A DNA stretch of 64,000 bases, taken from contig CAWGMQ010000008.1 of assembly GCA_963823665.1 (NCBI GenBank), forward strand, positions 2,048,001 to 2,112,000, read 5' to 3'. Below are positions 1 to 11,431 of this stretch, one piece after another. The stretch is from an uncultured Planctomycetota bacterium (GTDB taxonomy: Bacteria; Planctomycetota; Planctomycetia; Isosphaerales; Isosphaeraceae). The notes under the pieces were generated by a model. That model was not told the origin of the DNA and ran no database searches. It saw only the letters and a list, made by a program, of their open reading frames with translations. Position 1 is the stretch's first letter; every line of letters starts with the position of its first letter. The translations under genes and the position numbers were made by a program.

Positions 1-158
1 TTGGCATGCTCGCGAGTCGTGTCTTCGTGACAGATCCCATACACCACGGCGCTTAACACCGAAAGCTTGGGAGCACTCCGATCGACCTTCGGCTTGTATC
101 GCCGCTTGAGCAGGGTGTGAATGTTGTTCAGGAGCTGTGTCTTGCTTTGTGATGCCAT
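1..158 (-). CDS. N-terminus of a conserved protein, probably endonuclease III/HhH-GPD-like (runs off the window edge)
   Basis: Manual translation from ATG at 158: MASQSKTQLLNNIHTLLKRRYKPKVDRSAPKLSVLSAVVYGICHEDTTREHA; lies co-directional just downstream of rbfA. The family call is from recollection only. Confidence 0.5.
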   Translation of the reverse strand, partial: MASQSKTQLLNNIHTLLKRRYKPKVDRSAPKLSVLSAVVYGICHEDTTREHA

Positions 159-235
159 TGGTATCAATGAATGTTTAAATGGTCTTCAGGCGCGGCTACA
201 GCCGAGCCCTCAGGAAAAAACGAGCTCGGCCGCCA

Positions 236-694
236 TCACAAGGTCGTTGAATCCGCCAACTGGACCCCTTGCGCGGTTTCCGGGTCGACCGCGACTTGCT
301 CGTGCTGGCTCTCGAGAGCGGCTCGAGCTGATTCATCCCTCATCCGCAGGTCCGATGCAACCGCGTCGTCGATCAGGCGACCGAGCTCGGCCGATTTCCT
401 CACGCTGTCGTCGTATTTGAATGAAAGCACCGGAGTGAACCGAGTTTGCAACCGGGCCGCAACCCGAGCTTGAAGAAAGCCCGCGGCATGGTCCAGTCCC
501 TTTAACGACCGCTTCCTCTCGCTCTCACTCCCCATGATCGAAACAAAGACGGTCGCGAACCGCAAATCAGCCGTCACTTCAACACGCACCACCGTGACGG
601 AGCGTACCCGAGGGTCCGCGACTTCGAAGAGAATCGACGTCGCCACCACCTCTCGAATCGCTTCTCCTACCCGCAGGTTTCGATGCGACGCCAT
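236..694 (-). CDS. rbfA: 30S ribosome-binding factor A
   Basis: DPRV..VTVVRVEVTADLRFATVFVS and RFTPVLSFKYDDS motifs; follows infB. Confidence 0.97.
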   Translation of the reverse strand: MASHRNLRVGEAIREVVATSILFEVADPRVRSVTVVRVEVTADLRFATVFVSIMGSESERKRSLKGLDHAAGFLQARVAARLQTRFTPVLSFKYDDSVRKSAELGRLIDDAVASDLRMRDESARAALESQHEQVAVDPETAQGVQLADSTTL

Positions 695-821
695 TCCACC
701 ACCCCTCCCTCCGACCTCCGCGGCGAGCCAAACATGATCGCTCCGCCGCGCAGTTCAGGCAAGCAACTCGCTCGCCGACCGATTCCGGTTGTTCGTTTTT
801 CCCGTCCCCTCGCCGGCCGCT

Positions 822-3800
822 CTAGAGCGTCCGGCGAATCACGTCGACTCGATAGGCTTCGATGACGTCGTCAACCTTGATGTCGTCGAAATTGCCGATC
901 TTGATTCCACACTCAAAGTTCTGCGGCACCTCTTTCACATCGTCCTTGAACCGCTTCAGGGCGTCGATTGATCCCTTGTAGATCTCGCGGCCCTCGCGGA
1001 TCAAGCGCACCTTCCCGGCTCGCTCGATGGTGCCCTGTGTAACGAAACAACCGGCGACTGCCCCGACCTTGGAGATCTTGAACACCTGCCGCACCACCGC
1101 GCGCCCCAGGTGAACTTCCTTGATCTCCGGCACGAGCATCCCTTCGACAGCCTTCTTTATATCATCCGTCACCTGGTAGATGATGTCGTAACGGCGGATC
1201 TCGATCTTCTTTTCCTCGGCGAGCGTGATCGCCCGGTCCTCAGGTGCAACCCGGAACCCGATCACGATGGCCTGCGAAGCGTCAGCCAGCACCACGTCGC
1301 TTTCGGTGATCCCACCGACTCCCTTGAGGAGAATGCGAATCGGTACTTCCTCATTCGTGAGCTTTTCGAGCTCCTTGGTGAGCGCCTCGATCGACCCCTG
1401 CACATCCGCCTTCAAGATCAGGTTCAGCGATTTCAGCTTCCGCTCGGCCATCGTCGAGTAGAGGTTTTCGAGCGTCACGGCCTGTCGATCCGCGTGCAGC
1501 GCCTCCCGGGCACGGTTGCGCCGCGCTTCGGCAACCTCTCGCGCACTGGCTATGTCGTCGACGACGGCGAAATTCTCCCCAGCCGTCGGCACGACGTCCA
1601 GACCCGAGACCTCAACCGGCGTGGACGGGCCGGCCTCCTCGACCGAGATTCCTTTGTCGTTGAAGATCGCGCGAACCCGGCCAAAACCATCGCCGCACAC
1701 GATCACGTCGCCCACCCGCAGCGTTCCTTCTCGGACCAGCACCGAAGCAACTACACCCCGGCCCTCGGAAAGAGACGCTTCCAGGCACGTCCCGGTCGCC
1801 GGCCGGGTCGGGTCGGCCTTGAGTTCATGCAGCTCGGCAATCGTTTCCAGCGTGGTGAGCAGATCGGCGATGCCCACTCCGCTCGTGGCCGAAGTCTTCA
1901 CGACCTCCGTCTCCCCCCCCACTCAGCCGGATGCAGCTCCTGCTGCGAAAGCTCACCGTAAATCTTGTTGATATTCGCCGAAGTATCGACGTTGGGCAGA
2001 TCGATCTTGTTGAGCGCAACCACGATCGGCACGCTCGCCGCCTTGGCGTGGGCGATTGCCTCGATCGTCTGGGGCATCACGCCGTCGTCGGCTGCCACGA
2101 CCAGCACCACAATGTCGGTCACGTTGGCGCCGCGGCGCGCATCGCGGTGAATGCCTCGTGGCCCGGCGTGTCGACGAATGTGATCGCCCGGCCGTTCGAT
2201 TCGACCTGGTACGCACCGATGTGCTGGGTGATGCCTCCGCTCTCCGAATCCACGACGTTGGATTTCCGGATCCGATCCAGGAGCGACGTCTTGCCGTGGT
2301 CGACGTGCCCCAAGATCGTGATCACCGGCGGCCGAGGCCGGAGGTTCTCGGAATTGGCCGTGCTCGCAAAAGCAGCCAGCATCTCGTCCTCGGCTGTGTG
2401 CGGATGAACCACCACCAATTCGCTGCCGAACTCGATGGCCAGCACAACCGCCAGCTCGTCGTCGAGCGAGGCGTTGATATTGACCATCTGGTTCATTCCC
2501 ATCAGCTTCCGAAGCAAGTCCTGGGCCTTCACCCCGATCGCCTCCGAAAGGCTGCGGACCGTGATCGGAGGCTCGATCTCGATGTGCGTTCTTCGCGGCG
2601 ACGCAACGGCGAGCCGCTGATTGCGGTTCTTCCGGCTCCCCGAGCGGGTCCGCCGCGTCTCCTCTTCGTCGACCAGCAGGGCCGAAACCGCCACCGGAGA
2701 AGTCACCCGGCGCTCCCCGGCGCGTTCGCTTCGCCGTGCACGGCGGCCGGCACGGTCCGCCGCCGACCCCAGTCGCCCTGCCTTCGACTTGCGGTCTTCT
2801 TCCTCGTCGATCATCACGGGCGCGACCGGATGCGGGCCTGGCGGAGATCCAGGCCGGCGCACGGCCGGACCACCACCCAGCAGCGGCGCGCCCCCGGGAC
2901 GCGGTGCACCCGGAAACCCGCCCGAACGTTCTGGATGGCCGCTCCGCTCACCAACCCCCGGTGCCGCGGTCCCACCACCGCCGGGCGATTGAAGATGCCC
3001 GAGCTGCCCGGTCTTCATCAAGCGCAGCAACTCGTCCTTCGTCATCGATTTGTCGGGACGCTGCGTCTTGAGCGCTGGACCAGGCGCACTCGGCCGCGAC
3101 GCAGACGGAGACGGCCGCGGAGCACTCGCCGCCGCCACCTGGGGCAGCGGTGGTCCTTTCCGCGCGCCGCTTCCACCGGAGTCTCGCCGTCCCGATTCTC
3201 CCCCGGATTCGCCGGCAGGCCGCCGCGACAGCGATGAGGGCGGCGGTGCCGGGCTCACTCGCGGCGTCATCGTGCGAATCCCCGCCGAAGACATGTAATC
3301 CCCAGGCTTCAAGGGCTGGAAACCGCCGGGCGTCTCTCCCGTGGTCGACCCCCCGAGCGAGCTCGCCTGTCCCCCGCGCGGCTCCATCCGGCCCGAAGGC
3401 GCTGGCCCGGAAGAGTCCTGCCGACCGCCCGATCCGCGATGTGGTGTATGCGCCGACAACGGCCCGCCACCAGATCGTGAGCTCGAGAATCCGCCGTGGC
3501 GCGACAACGGCGCGGCCGACGGCGAAGCCGGCCGTGCCGGTCCCTGCGATCCCCCCTGGCCCGCACCCGGGGAACTGACGGTGCGCCCGAGAGCGCCGGA
3601 CCGGAGGCCGCCTTGGCCACGGGCGCCGCCGCCGGGCTGCTCCCCGGCGCCAGCACTTGCGAACCCGCCGCCGAGCCTCGAGCCGTGGTTTCCGAACGAA
3701 CTTGCGTTTGTGGCGCACTCGACGAAGACGACACCGGCGATGAGGGCGGAGAGATCCCCGCAGACTTCATCGGCGGCGAATCCTTCGAGCCTGGCCGGGA

Positions 3801-4052
3801 TGGCTGCGGAGCGGCCGAAACAGCCGGCTGCGCCGGTGATGCCGCGGGTCGCGCGCCCTGCGACCCACTCGAGCCACCAGCCTGGCCTGACGCCGAGCGA
3901 GCGCTCAAGTCCCTGATCCGGTCAACGGTCGCCTGATCCAGACTGGCGAAGTTGCTCGCCTTGACATCAAGCCCCCAGCTCAGAATCCGCTCCAGCAGCT
4001 CCGCGCTCTTCAAACCTAGCTCTTTGGCCAGCTCGTGCACTCGCGTCGACAA
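822..4052 (-). CDS. infB: Translation initiation factor IF-2, split by about 3 frameshifts (near 3570, 2130, 1915; probably sequencing errors)
   Basis: TTG start after GGAGGA; N-terminal [16 protein letters not shown]-domain [31 protein letters not shown]-terminal [12 protein letters not shown] and [12 protein letters not shown]. The pieces lie in ORFs 3309-4247, 2119-3507, 1898-2122 and 822-1922. Confidence 0.95.
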
Positions 4053-4358
4053 AGGCAGCTCCTCCAGAATCGAGTTCCGGTGTTCCGGGTCCGTCACAAC
4101 CCGGGTGTATGCTCGATGGTTCAGGTAAATCTCTCGCCACCCCGCCCCTTGGTCACATTCTCTTTGACTGAATCTCGGCCCGCGTCGTTCCGCCGGGCCC
4201 GCCATTCCTCCGGGCATTCCCTCTAGTATGCAGCGCCGGCCTCGCAATTGCGAGCCGAACGGTCCCCGTTCTCAACCGATCCTCGCGGATGTCGACAAAG
4301 CGGCGGGACCCCGGTAATCGGCTGACCCGGAGCCGCAATGTGCGCCCGCGAGCCGGTG

Positions 4359-6017
4359 TCAGGGTTTGTCTCCGGACCGGCCGCCTGCGCTTTCGGCAGC
4401 GCGATCCGCCCGGGAGGTTGGCGTGGATGCACCCGAGCCGCGCTTGGGTGCGGTTTGCTCGACCGCCTCGGTCACGATGCGAATCCCCTCGCCTTGATCA
4501 TTCTCGCTCGGCGGGAAAGTCACCTCGTGACCCTGCGGGGAATAATTTGAAGTCTCGACTGCCAGAGCCACATCGTGGATCTCTGCTTCACTGGCCTCGT
4601 CACGCTCCAGATCCGTGTTGTCGTCAGGGGAAGGCTCGCCGGCGACCGCGGCCGGTGGCTCGGTAGGCAAAGCCGAACCTCCCTCCGCGATCGCGTCATC
4701 GGCACCGGCTGCACCGGAATCGGCGTCCACGTCATCGAATTCCTGGTCACCTTGCGACTCGGTCTCGGTCTCGAGAACGGCCGCCTCGGAATCTCCCGCG
4801 TCGGCCGACTCGATCGCCGGTGCCGGCTCACTGGCTGACGCCCTTGATCCCTTCCGGCGCGGTAGCTCCTCGCTTTGCTCCTCGGCGAGAACCTCGGCCC
4901 TCGCAACAATTTCGACAGTTTGTTCTTCGGTTAAACCCTCAATTGTGTTCACCAGATCACTGATTTCCATGACCGAAAGATCATCAAAGCTCAGAATCCC
5001 TTGCTCGACCAGCCGCTCGGCAAGCTCGACATCCACCCCGTCAATCCTCTCGAACGCCTTCACCGCCTTCTCGATCACCTCCTCGAGTTCCTCCGCAGTC
5101 ATGATCTCGATGTCCCAGCCGACGAGCTTCGAGGCCAGCCGCACGTTTTGACCACGACGGCCAATCGCCAGTGAGAGCTGATCGTCACGCACCAGAACGA
5201 TCCCACGGCCCAGAAGATGACACAACATCACCTCGTCGATCTCGGCCGGTTGAAGCGCGTTCGGAATCAGCACCTGAAGCGACTCGTTCCACCGGACGAT
5301 GTCGATACGCTCCCCGCCCAGCTCGTCGACAATATTCTTGATGCGCGTGCCGCGAACACCCACGCACGCTCCGACGGCGTCAACCTTGGTGTCGATCGAT
5401 GTCACCGCCACTTTCGAACGATAGCCAGCCTCTCTCGCAAGCGCCCGGATCGCGATGATCTGATCGGCGATCTCGGGAATCTCCAGCTCGAACAGCCGTC
5501 GCACGAAGTCGGGGTGAGTCCTGCTCAGGATGATCTTGACCCGCTGGCCAACCTTCCTCACGTCCAGGATGATGGCCCGGATCCGCTCGTTCGGGTGATA
5601 GCTCTCACCCGGAATCTGCTCGCTCCTGGGTAGGATCGCATCCGTCTTTCCCAGGTTCACGATGACGGCCCCACCCTCGAACCGCTGCACCGTCCCCGTC
5701 ACCAGATCGCTTCGCTGGTCCTCGAACTCGTCAAACAGACTGTCACGCTCCGCTTCGCGGATCTTCTGAATGATCACTTGCTTGGCCGTCTGTGCGGCAA
5801 TCCGCCCCAGCAGGGCCGGGTCCATCTTGACCCCGTCCTTCGTCGCTTCGATCGCCCCCGAATCCGGGTCAATGCGCACCTCGATCTCGGCCGCTTCCGG
5901 ATAGTGCTTCCGCGCCGCAGTACTGAGGGCCGATTGAATCCCATCGAAAAGAATATCCTTCGAGATATTCTTGTCGCGGTGAATGCTATCGACGATGCGA
6001 ACCAGATCGACGCTCAT
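4359..6017 (-). CDS. nusA: Transcription termination/antitermination factor NusA with a long acidic C-terminal tail
   Basis: [22 protein letters not shown]1 domain, KH motifs [12 protein letters not shown] and [24 protein letters not shown] at 6017 after GGAGGAG. Confidence 0.97.
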   Translation of the reverse strand: MSVDLVRIVDSIHRDKNISKDILFDGIQSALSTAARKHYPEAAEIEVRIDPDSGAIEATKDGVKMDPALLGRIAAQTAKQVIIQKIREAERDSLFDEFEDQRSDLVTGTVQRFEGGAVIVNLGKTDAILPRSEQIPGESYHPNERIRAIILDVRKVGQRVKIILSRTHPDFVRRLFELEIPEIADQIIAIRALAREAGYRSKVAVTSIDTKVDAVGACVGVRGTRIKNIVDELGGERIDIVRWNESLQVLIPNALQPAEIDEVMLCHLLGRGIVLVRDDQLSLAIGRRGQNVRLASKLVGWDIEIMTAEELEEVIEKAVKAFERIDGVDVELAERLVEQGILSFDDLSVMEISDLVNTIEGLTEEQTVEIVARAEVLAEEQSEELPRRKGSRASASEPAPAIESADAGDSEAAVLETETESQGDQEFDDVDADSGAAGADDAIAEGGSALPTEPPAAVAGEPSPDDNTDLERDEASEAEIHDVALAVETSNYSPQGHEVTFPPSENDQGEGIRIVTEAVEQTAPKRGSGASTPTSRADRAAESAGGRSGDKP

Positions 6018-6267
6018 TCGTCTCCTCCGAGGTGTGCTCGATGCCACTGGGCGCCGGCCTGCTCCTCGACCGGATCGAACCCGTAGAGGCGCAAACCGCC
6101 GGAAATCCTCCCCCCAAGACAGGGCTCGGACTTCCGATTCTGGTGCGCCAGCGAGCAACACCTCCTTGGAACCACCCTACCGCTCAGAGACACGACAAGC
6201 TGAGCGCAGGGAGCGAGCCAAGCCCCTGACGGGCCGAGCCCGACGAACGAATTCTCCAGCCCCGGCC

Positions 6268-6320
6268 CCGGTTTGCTATTTAACACGACGTTGACAGGAC
6301 TGTCAAGCAGCCCAAGAATG
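6268..6320. promoter_or_regulatory. Divergent nusA/tatD promoter region with palindrome TTGACAG-GA-CTGTCAA (6291-6306)
   Basis: A perfect TTGACA on each strand; 17 nt downstream are TTAAAT (minus strand, toward nusA) and AAGAAT (plus strand, toward tatD). Confidence 0.55.
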
Positions 6321-6412
6321 GAAAGGTAATTGCCTTGAAGGGATTGCGGCCAGCCCCTCACGGCTCGAAACCCACTCAAATCTGCCCCCCGCACGCCCCT
6401 CGCTCCCGAAAC

Positions 6413-7231
6413 ATGAATCCCCCGACGCCGGGCACCTACCCCGGACCACTCGTTGATACCCACGCTCACCTGGACGACCGGCGACTTCGCGCCGACCTCC
6501 CCGCGATTCTCGAGCGCGCGTCGAGCGCGGGAGTCTCCCAGATCATCGCCATCGGCATCACCGCAGCCTCGAGCATCGGCTCGCTCGAGCTCGCCAGAGA
6601 AAACCGGGGAATCTTCGCCTCCATCGGCATCCATCCCAACGAGGCGGCCGAATTTGGCCAGGAAGACTGGCCCAGAATCCTCGACATACTCGGCAGCCCC
6701 GGCGTTGTCGCCATCGGCGAAACCGGCCTCGACCGATACTGGCACCACACCCCTTTCACCCAGCAACAAGAATGGTTCGATCGACACCTCGCCCTCGCTC
6801 GCGACCATGACCTGCCAATCGTCATCCATTGCCGCGATTGCCAGCAAGATATCATCCAACAATTGCAGCGATTTGGTGCTCCAATACGTGGGGTAATGCA
6901 TTCATTCACCGGGTCCTGGGATGATGCAGAGGCCTACCTGTCTTTGGGGTTACATCTTTCCTTCGCCGGAATGATCACCTTCACGAACAAGGCACTCGAC
7001 CCTCTGCGCGAAGTGGCCGCTCGAATGCCGCTTGACCGCCTCCTGGTCGAAACCGACAGCCCCTATCTCACGCCCCATCCGTTCCGCGGCAAGATCAATG
7101 AGCCCGCGCGTGTCGCATTGACCGCCGCAAAGCTAGCCGAAATCCGCGGCCTCACTTCCACAGACCTGGCTGCACTCTCCACACAGAACGCCCGTGCACT
7201 TTTCCGCCTGCCCTACGACGAAACGCTCTGA
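6413..7231 (+). CDS. tatD: TatD family deoxyribonuclease
   Basis: DTHAHL, IGIHP, AIGETGLD, IHCRD, GVMHSFTG, LVETDSPYLTP, NEPA motifs. Confidence 0.95.
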   Translation: MNPPTPGTYPGPLVDTHAHLDDRRLRADLPAILERASSAGVSQIIAIGITAASSIGSLELARENRGIFASIGIHPNEAAEFGQEDWPRILDILGSPGVVAIGETGLDRYWHHTPFTQQQEWFDRHLALARDHDLPIVIHCRDCQQDIIQQLQRFGAPIRGVMHSFTGSWDDAEAYLSLGLHLSFAGMITFTNKALDPLREVAARMPLDRLLVETDSPYLTPHPFRGKINEPARVALTAAKLAEIRGLTSTDLAALSTQNARALFRLPYDETL

Positions 7232-7489
7232 TTCTCGTCGGCCGGTGATCATCTCGGTCGGATCTCACCCTACAGACTCCCCAAGCCGCACGATCGGTCC
7301 ATTCATCGCGAGCGCGCTCCAGAATTGCACCGTTTCGCCTCGACGCAGGTAGTAATCTAGTTTGTAATCGTGCGCCGCGGCATGGAATGTGCCCTATAGC
7401 AGGCTGTTCAGTTCGCCGTAAATACCTCTGCCGAGGTCTTTTCGGCGTCGCATTTCGTTTGTCGAGCAAGTGAGTGAGAGAGGACCGCC

Positions 7490-7723
7490 ATGAGTCTGAG
7501 CAGCGTGCTCAGTGAGGTGTGGGAGATCGTACCGGTCGTCATTCTCCTCTCGGTGGGTGGCTTGATCGCTCTGCGCAGCGGTGACGAACGCTCAAGCTCA
7601 GGATGGAATCTCCGCCAGACCGCCCGCAACATCTCACAGATGGTCCTCCGCGTAGCCGGTTACGTCGCCGTCCTCTTCGCCCTCCAATACTTCGTCGGCC
7701 AGCGCCCCATGCTGGGCTGGTAA
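7490..7723 (+). CDS. Small two-TM membrane protein, hypothetical
   Basis: GAGGA RBS before ATG; two hydrophobic segments. Confidence 0.7.
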   Translation: MSLSSVLSEVWEIVPVVILLSVGGLIALRSGDERSSSGWNLRQTARNISQMVLRVAGYVAVLFALQYFVGQRPMLGW

Positions 7724-7764
7724 ACAGCCGGGCGTGCAGCGGGGATTTGCGACGATCTCTCGCT

Positions 7765-7798
7765 CCCTCTCCCACCGGGAGAGGGCCGGGGTGAGGGT
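7765..7798. repeat. REP-like palindrome CCCTCTCCC-ACC-GGGAGAGGGCCGGGGTGAGGG (second copy at 8822-8855)
   Basis: Hairpin between convergent genes; a near-identical copy lies inside the CDS at 8822-8855. Confidence 0.75.
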
Positions 7799-7833
7799 CC
7801 GTCCGCACGCGACCGCAAATCGCAGACACGCTC

Positions 7834-8619
7834 TCATACGCCGCGAGCGGCAGGGTCCCACAAAATCTTGTGCTGCTGAAGCTGAAGCCGGATCGGCAGG
7901 CCGGATTCGAGGATCAGCTTGGCCAGCGCGGTCGGATGGAACTGACCGAATGCCGCGCTCACGAGGACCGGACACTTTGCCGTGAGACGGCGCGTACGGA
8001 TCACATCAATCGACCAGTCGAAGTCGTCGCGATCACACACGACGAATTTCACTTCGTCGGTCGGCTTCAGATGTTCCAGGTTTGCCCAGATGTTGGAGGC
8101 CGCCTCGCCCGAGCCTGGCGTCTTGACGTCGAGGATGATCCGCACGCGTGCGTCCACCGCGCCGGTGTCAACGGCGCCGCTGGTTTCGAGTAACACGGTC
8201 TTGCCCAGGTCGGCAAGCCGGGTCATGAGCGGATAAACCTCGGACTGCAAGAGCGGCTCGCCGCCGGTGATTTCGACCAGATCGTCGCCGAGCGCGAGCG
8301 CGCGGCTGACGACCGTGTCCAGCTCGATAATCTCCCCCTGCGCGAAAGCATGTGGCGTATCGCAGTACACACACCTGAGGTGGCAAGCCGTTAACCGGAT
8401 GAAGACGCACGGCAAACCCGCGAACGTGCTCTCGCCTTGCAGACTCCGGTAAATCTCATGAATGAGCAGCGTCCCCGCAGGTTTGCCCTGCAGCGGTTGC
8501 AACCGATAGGCGCGCGCGATTTCCGGCACCGGCGCCGCCCCATCGATCGCCTCCGCCACCTGGGCAGCCAGCGTCTCGGCGTCCCTCTTTCGATCCTGAA
8601 GTAAAACTTTCGTCATCAT
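7834..8619 (-). CDS. queE: 7-carboxy-7-deazaguanine synthase (radical SAM)
   Basis: IHEIYRSLQGESTFAGLPCVFIRLTACHLRCVYCDT (CX3CX2C), ITGGEPLLQ, LETSG, DVKTPGSG, QLQQHKILW. Confidence 0.9.
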   Translation of the reverse strand: MMTKVLLQDRKRDAETLAAQVAEAIDGAAPVPEIARAYRLQPLQGKPAGTLLIHEIYRSLQGESTFAGLPCVFIRLTACHLRCVYCDTPHAFAQGEIIELDTVVSRALALGDDLVEITGGEPLLQSEVYPLMTRLADLGKTVLLETSGAVDTGAVDARVRIILDVKTPGSGEAASNIWANLEHLKPTDEVKFVVCDRDDFDWSIDVIRTRRLTAKCPVLVSAAFGQFHPTALAKLILESGLPIRLQLQQHKILWDPAARGV

Positions 8620-10520
8620 CAGTCCAGGCTCAATTCAACGTGATATACGGATTTGAAATCATCATAAGCCACAAGCACCCTCCCGCCCAGAGCAGCGTGC
8701 CGCCGCAGGCGCCGCGCATTCCTCCCCTCTCGTGGGGTAGGTCCCGCCGCGGGCAGTGGTGGGCGCTCCGCACGCGGCCGGCTTCCCTCCACAACCGACG
8801 CAGGGTCCTTCGAACCTATCTCCCTCTTCCCCCGGGAGAGGGCCGGGGTGAGGGTCTCTGCACAAGCCGTGCGACTCAACATATCCGCGCACCCCGCATC
8901 CAACTCGTGGTCGCCGTCCCGGATCTCACCGAGATCTCGACCACCTTCGGATTTCGAATTTGGAGTTTCGGATTTCGATTCTACACCTTCCTCTTCGTCC
9001 CTGCGGCACTCCGGCCTTGGGTTCGTTCGTAACTTGTCAAGTCGCGAAAAGTCGCCCGAATTCGCCACAACCTCAACATTCTCTTCGTTTTGTGTTGTGA
9101 TCATATCCTGACCAGGTCCAGGTTCGTTCGTCGCGTTTTCCGGTCCCTCGCTCTCCCCGGCGAAGCGCTCAACGTCCCCACACACATCCGCTTCGGCCAG
9201 CCCATATCGCTCCCGCGCCGCATCCTCGCCGCTCACTGGCGGGTCGGCATCCGACAGCCCAAAGCACCGTTCCGGCAGCAACCCCTGACACGCCACAACG
9301 TCCTCAGCTTCGACCTTGACCGACTCCCACCCTCTCTCCTCTCTGCCCAATGTAGCAGGCTCACTCCGTGAACCGCCCGCCGCCAACCCCGTCGCCACCC
9401 GATTCTGCTCGCCACCACTCCCAGTGCCATAAGCCGGCGGCGCGATCGGCTCCCCGCGCGCCGACCCTCCGCGCCACGTCTCATCCTTGCCGTTCCACGC
9501 CCCCCGCCTCTCACCCGTCAGCTTCTCGTACACCACGATCGATTGGCGAAGCTCTCGATGGTACTTCAACTCGTAGTCATTAAGTTGCTTGCCCCGCGGG
9601 CTGGTATCAACTCCCTCGCGAGCAACCACTCGCTCGGCCTCGGCGTCCGCGTTCTCTTCATGCGTCTTCAAGATCGCTTCCAGCCGTTCGATACTCCGAT
9701 CCACGATGTCGAGCAAGATCTGCCTGCCCTTGGCTCGATTCTTGAGCGCGGCCAGCTCAGGACACCGCTTGGGCACCTCCTTCCGCAGTTCCGTAAGCTG
9801 ATCCGCATCAAGATCGCTGGCCAGCTCTCGGAACGGTTCCGGCTTCCCCGGCTCGAGCTTGGCACTGGCATAGAAGATCGCAGCGATTTCTTCATCGAAC
9901 CGCGCATCAATCGGCTGATGCCCAAGCAGGCGAATGGCCTGGAACCGATCGGGGCCCTGCCAGAACTTCCCCGGCTCAAGCCGAGCGCGCAGCCCGTACC
10001 AGACGTCAAGAAGATACATCGTCCCCAGCTCGCTCGATTCCAGTTTCTCGACGATCGCGAATGGTTCATCCGGCTCGAGTGGCAGTCCGCTGAACGAAGT
10101 CTTGATCTCGAGTGCAAAGCTCGGCTTGAGTCCATAGGTTCCCATGGATCCGCACCGATTGAAAAACAGGCATTTCCCCAGCGCAAGCACTTCTTCGTGT
10201 TCCTTCTCGTCGGCTTTCTCGATCCGCGTGCGAAATCGTTCCGCGTCCGCCCGCTCGATGCGCTCAAGTTTCGATGCCATCGAGGCGCACCGCGACATGA
10301 TGAATTCCTCGACATCATTACTGGCGTCATGCCGGGCCATCCATTTGCGCCGGCGTTCCTCATACGAGTAAGAAATGTCCTCGATGAGGGCCATTCGTTT
10401 CGAGCGCCGGCCATGGCGCAAAGCATTCATGGATGCGCTGGTGCGCCCGGCGGGAGTGACCGGTCCCCGAGATTTTCGCCCATTCGCCTGGCTGGCTGCA
10501 ATTCTCGCCGCGGATGTCAT
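8619..10520 (-). CDS. Hypothetical protein of the 'MTSAARIAASQANGRKSRGPVT' family, with a low-complexity, repeat-derived C-terminus
   Basis: Long ORF with ATG at 10520 after AAGAGGA; the N-terminal motif is familiar from a multi-copy planctomycete hypothetical family. Confidence 0.7.
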   Translation of the reverse strand: MTSAARIAASQANGRKSRGPVTPAGRTSASMNALRHGRRSKRMALIEDISYSYEERRRKWMARHDASNDVEEFIMSRCASMASKLERIERADAERFRTRIEKADEKEHEEVLALGKCLFFNRCGSMGTYGLKPSFALEIKTSFSGLPLEPDEPFAIVEKLESSELGTMYLLDVWYGLRARLEPGKFWQGPDRFQAIRLLGHQPIDARFDEEIAAIFYASAKLEPGKPEPFRELASDLDADQLTELRKEVPKRCPELAALKNRAKGRQILLDIVDRSIERLEAILKTHEENADAEAERVVAREGVDTSPRGKQLNDYELKYHRELRQSIVVYEKLTGERRGAWNGKDETWRGGSARGEPIAPPAYGTGSGGEQNRVATGLAAGGSRSEPATLGREERGWESVKVEAEDVVACQGLLPERCFGLSDADPPVSGEDAARERYGLAEADVCGDVERFAGESEGPENATNEPGPGQDMITTQNEENVEVVANSGDFSRLDKLRTNPRPECRRDEEEGVESKSETPNSKSEGGRDLGEIRDGDHELDAGCADMLSRTACAETLTPALSRGKREIGSKDPASVVEGSRPRAERPPLPAAGPTPREGRNARRLRRHAALGGRVLVAYDDFKSVYHVELSLD

Positions 10521-11431
10521 GATGGTTTCCTCTTGGTCGTCGTGATGATCCAGTCTTGCCCAGGATCCCTCGTCAGCCCACAACCGACGATCGAGCAAGT
10601 CTCTTTAAACAAGACGATCTACAAAACGGTCAAATTTTTTGCGCCCGGTCCCCCGAATTCCCCGGATTTTCCTGGGGTGGTGGCCGGATGCGCCGGTCGT
10701 AACGATGGCGGAAAAGAATTGGTCAAGCATGGTGCGAAAATGCCGCTCCCGGGCCAGCGAAACTTCGGCCGCATGTCTCACGGGCATGCCACGACCGTGG
10801 CGCCATCCGTAACACCAAAGGCGACTTGAGTTTCCGATCTCATCGAAGGCCTTTCACCCGTGATAATATTTGATAATCTATGATAATCCACGCGCGAAAT
10901 TATTCTTGGGGAGTCCTCCCGCCACGGAGCAAAATGATCACTCTTGATCCCAAAACAAAGCTCTCTTCCGATCCCCCCGCGCGCGCTTCTGACCCCGGGC
11001 ACTAGACATGCCGTCGCACCCACGACGGTGTGGTAAATGACGCGATCGAGTCTGACGTCAAAGGATCGGCTGACGCTCATCGGGATTGAAGATTGGAAAA
11101 AGACATCTCGCAATGTGGTAATGGATGAGATGAGACCAGATTCGAGCCACGGACCAACCAGCATGGTTGCCCAGGCTTCGGTCGGCGTCGCGACGCCACA
11201 CCGTTTGTCCGCGACGACGACGCACTGTCCCCCTGCTAATATTATGCGTCGGTTTTGGGAATTGGCCATTTCTCGATCGCGGTTGTGAACTTTTCTAGAA
11301 AGCGCAAGCTCAATCGCCGTACGGGATTAACTGCCGATTTGGGGTGGAACATTTACACTTCAGATGAGCCCGTTCAACACGCTTTGAAAGGTGCCGCGCA
11401 CGACATGGCGCGCACCACACCGGCGCCTCCA

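Noticed and set aside
1898..2135. Programmed frameshifting in infB or the kinases
   Set aside because: The breaks are scattered across unrelated genes without slippery-site context; sequencing error is simpler. Only the IS3 A7G site fits a programmed shift.
7834..8619. queE as part of a 7-deazaguanine DNA-modification (dpd) island
   Set aside because: No dpdA/tgt-like, queC, queD or folE neighbours in the window; it is consistent with a stand-alone queuosine gene.
10778..11269. 163-aa ORF between the hypothetical gene and the TPR fragments
   Set aside because: No recognisable motif or RBS; I cannot support it as a gene.
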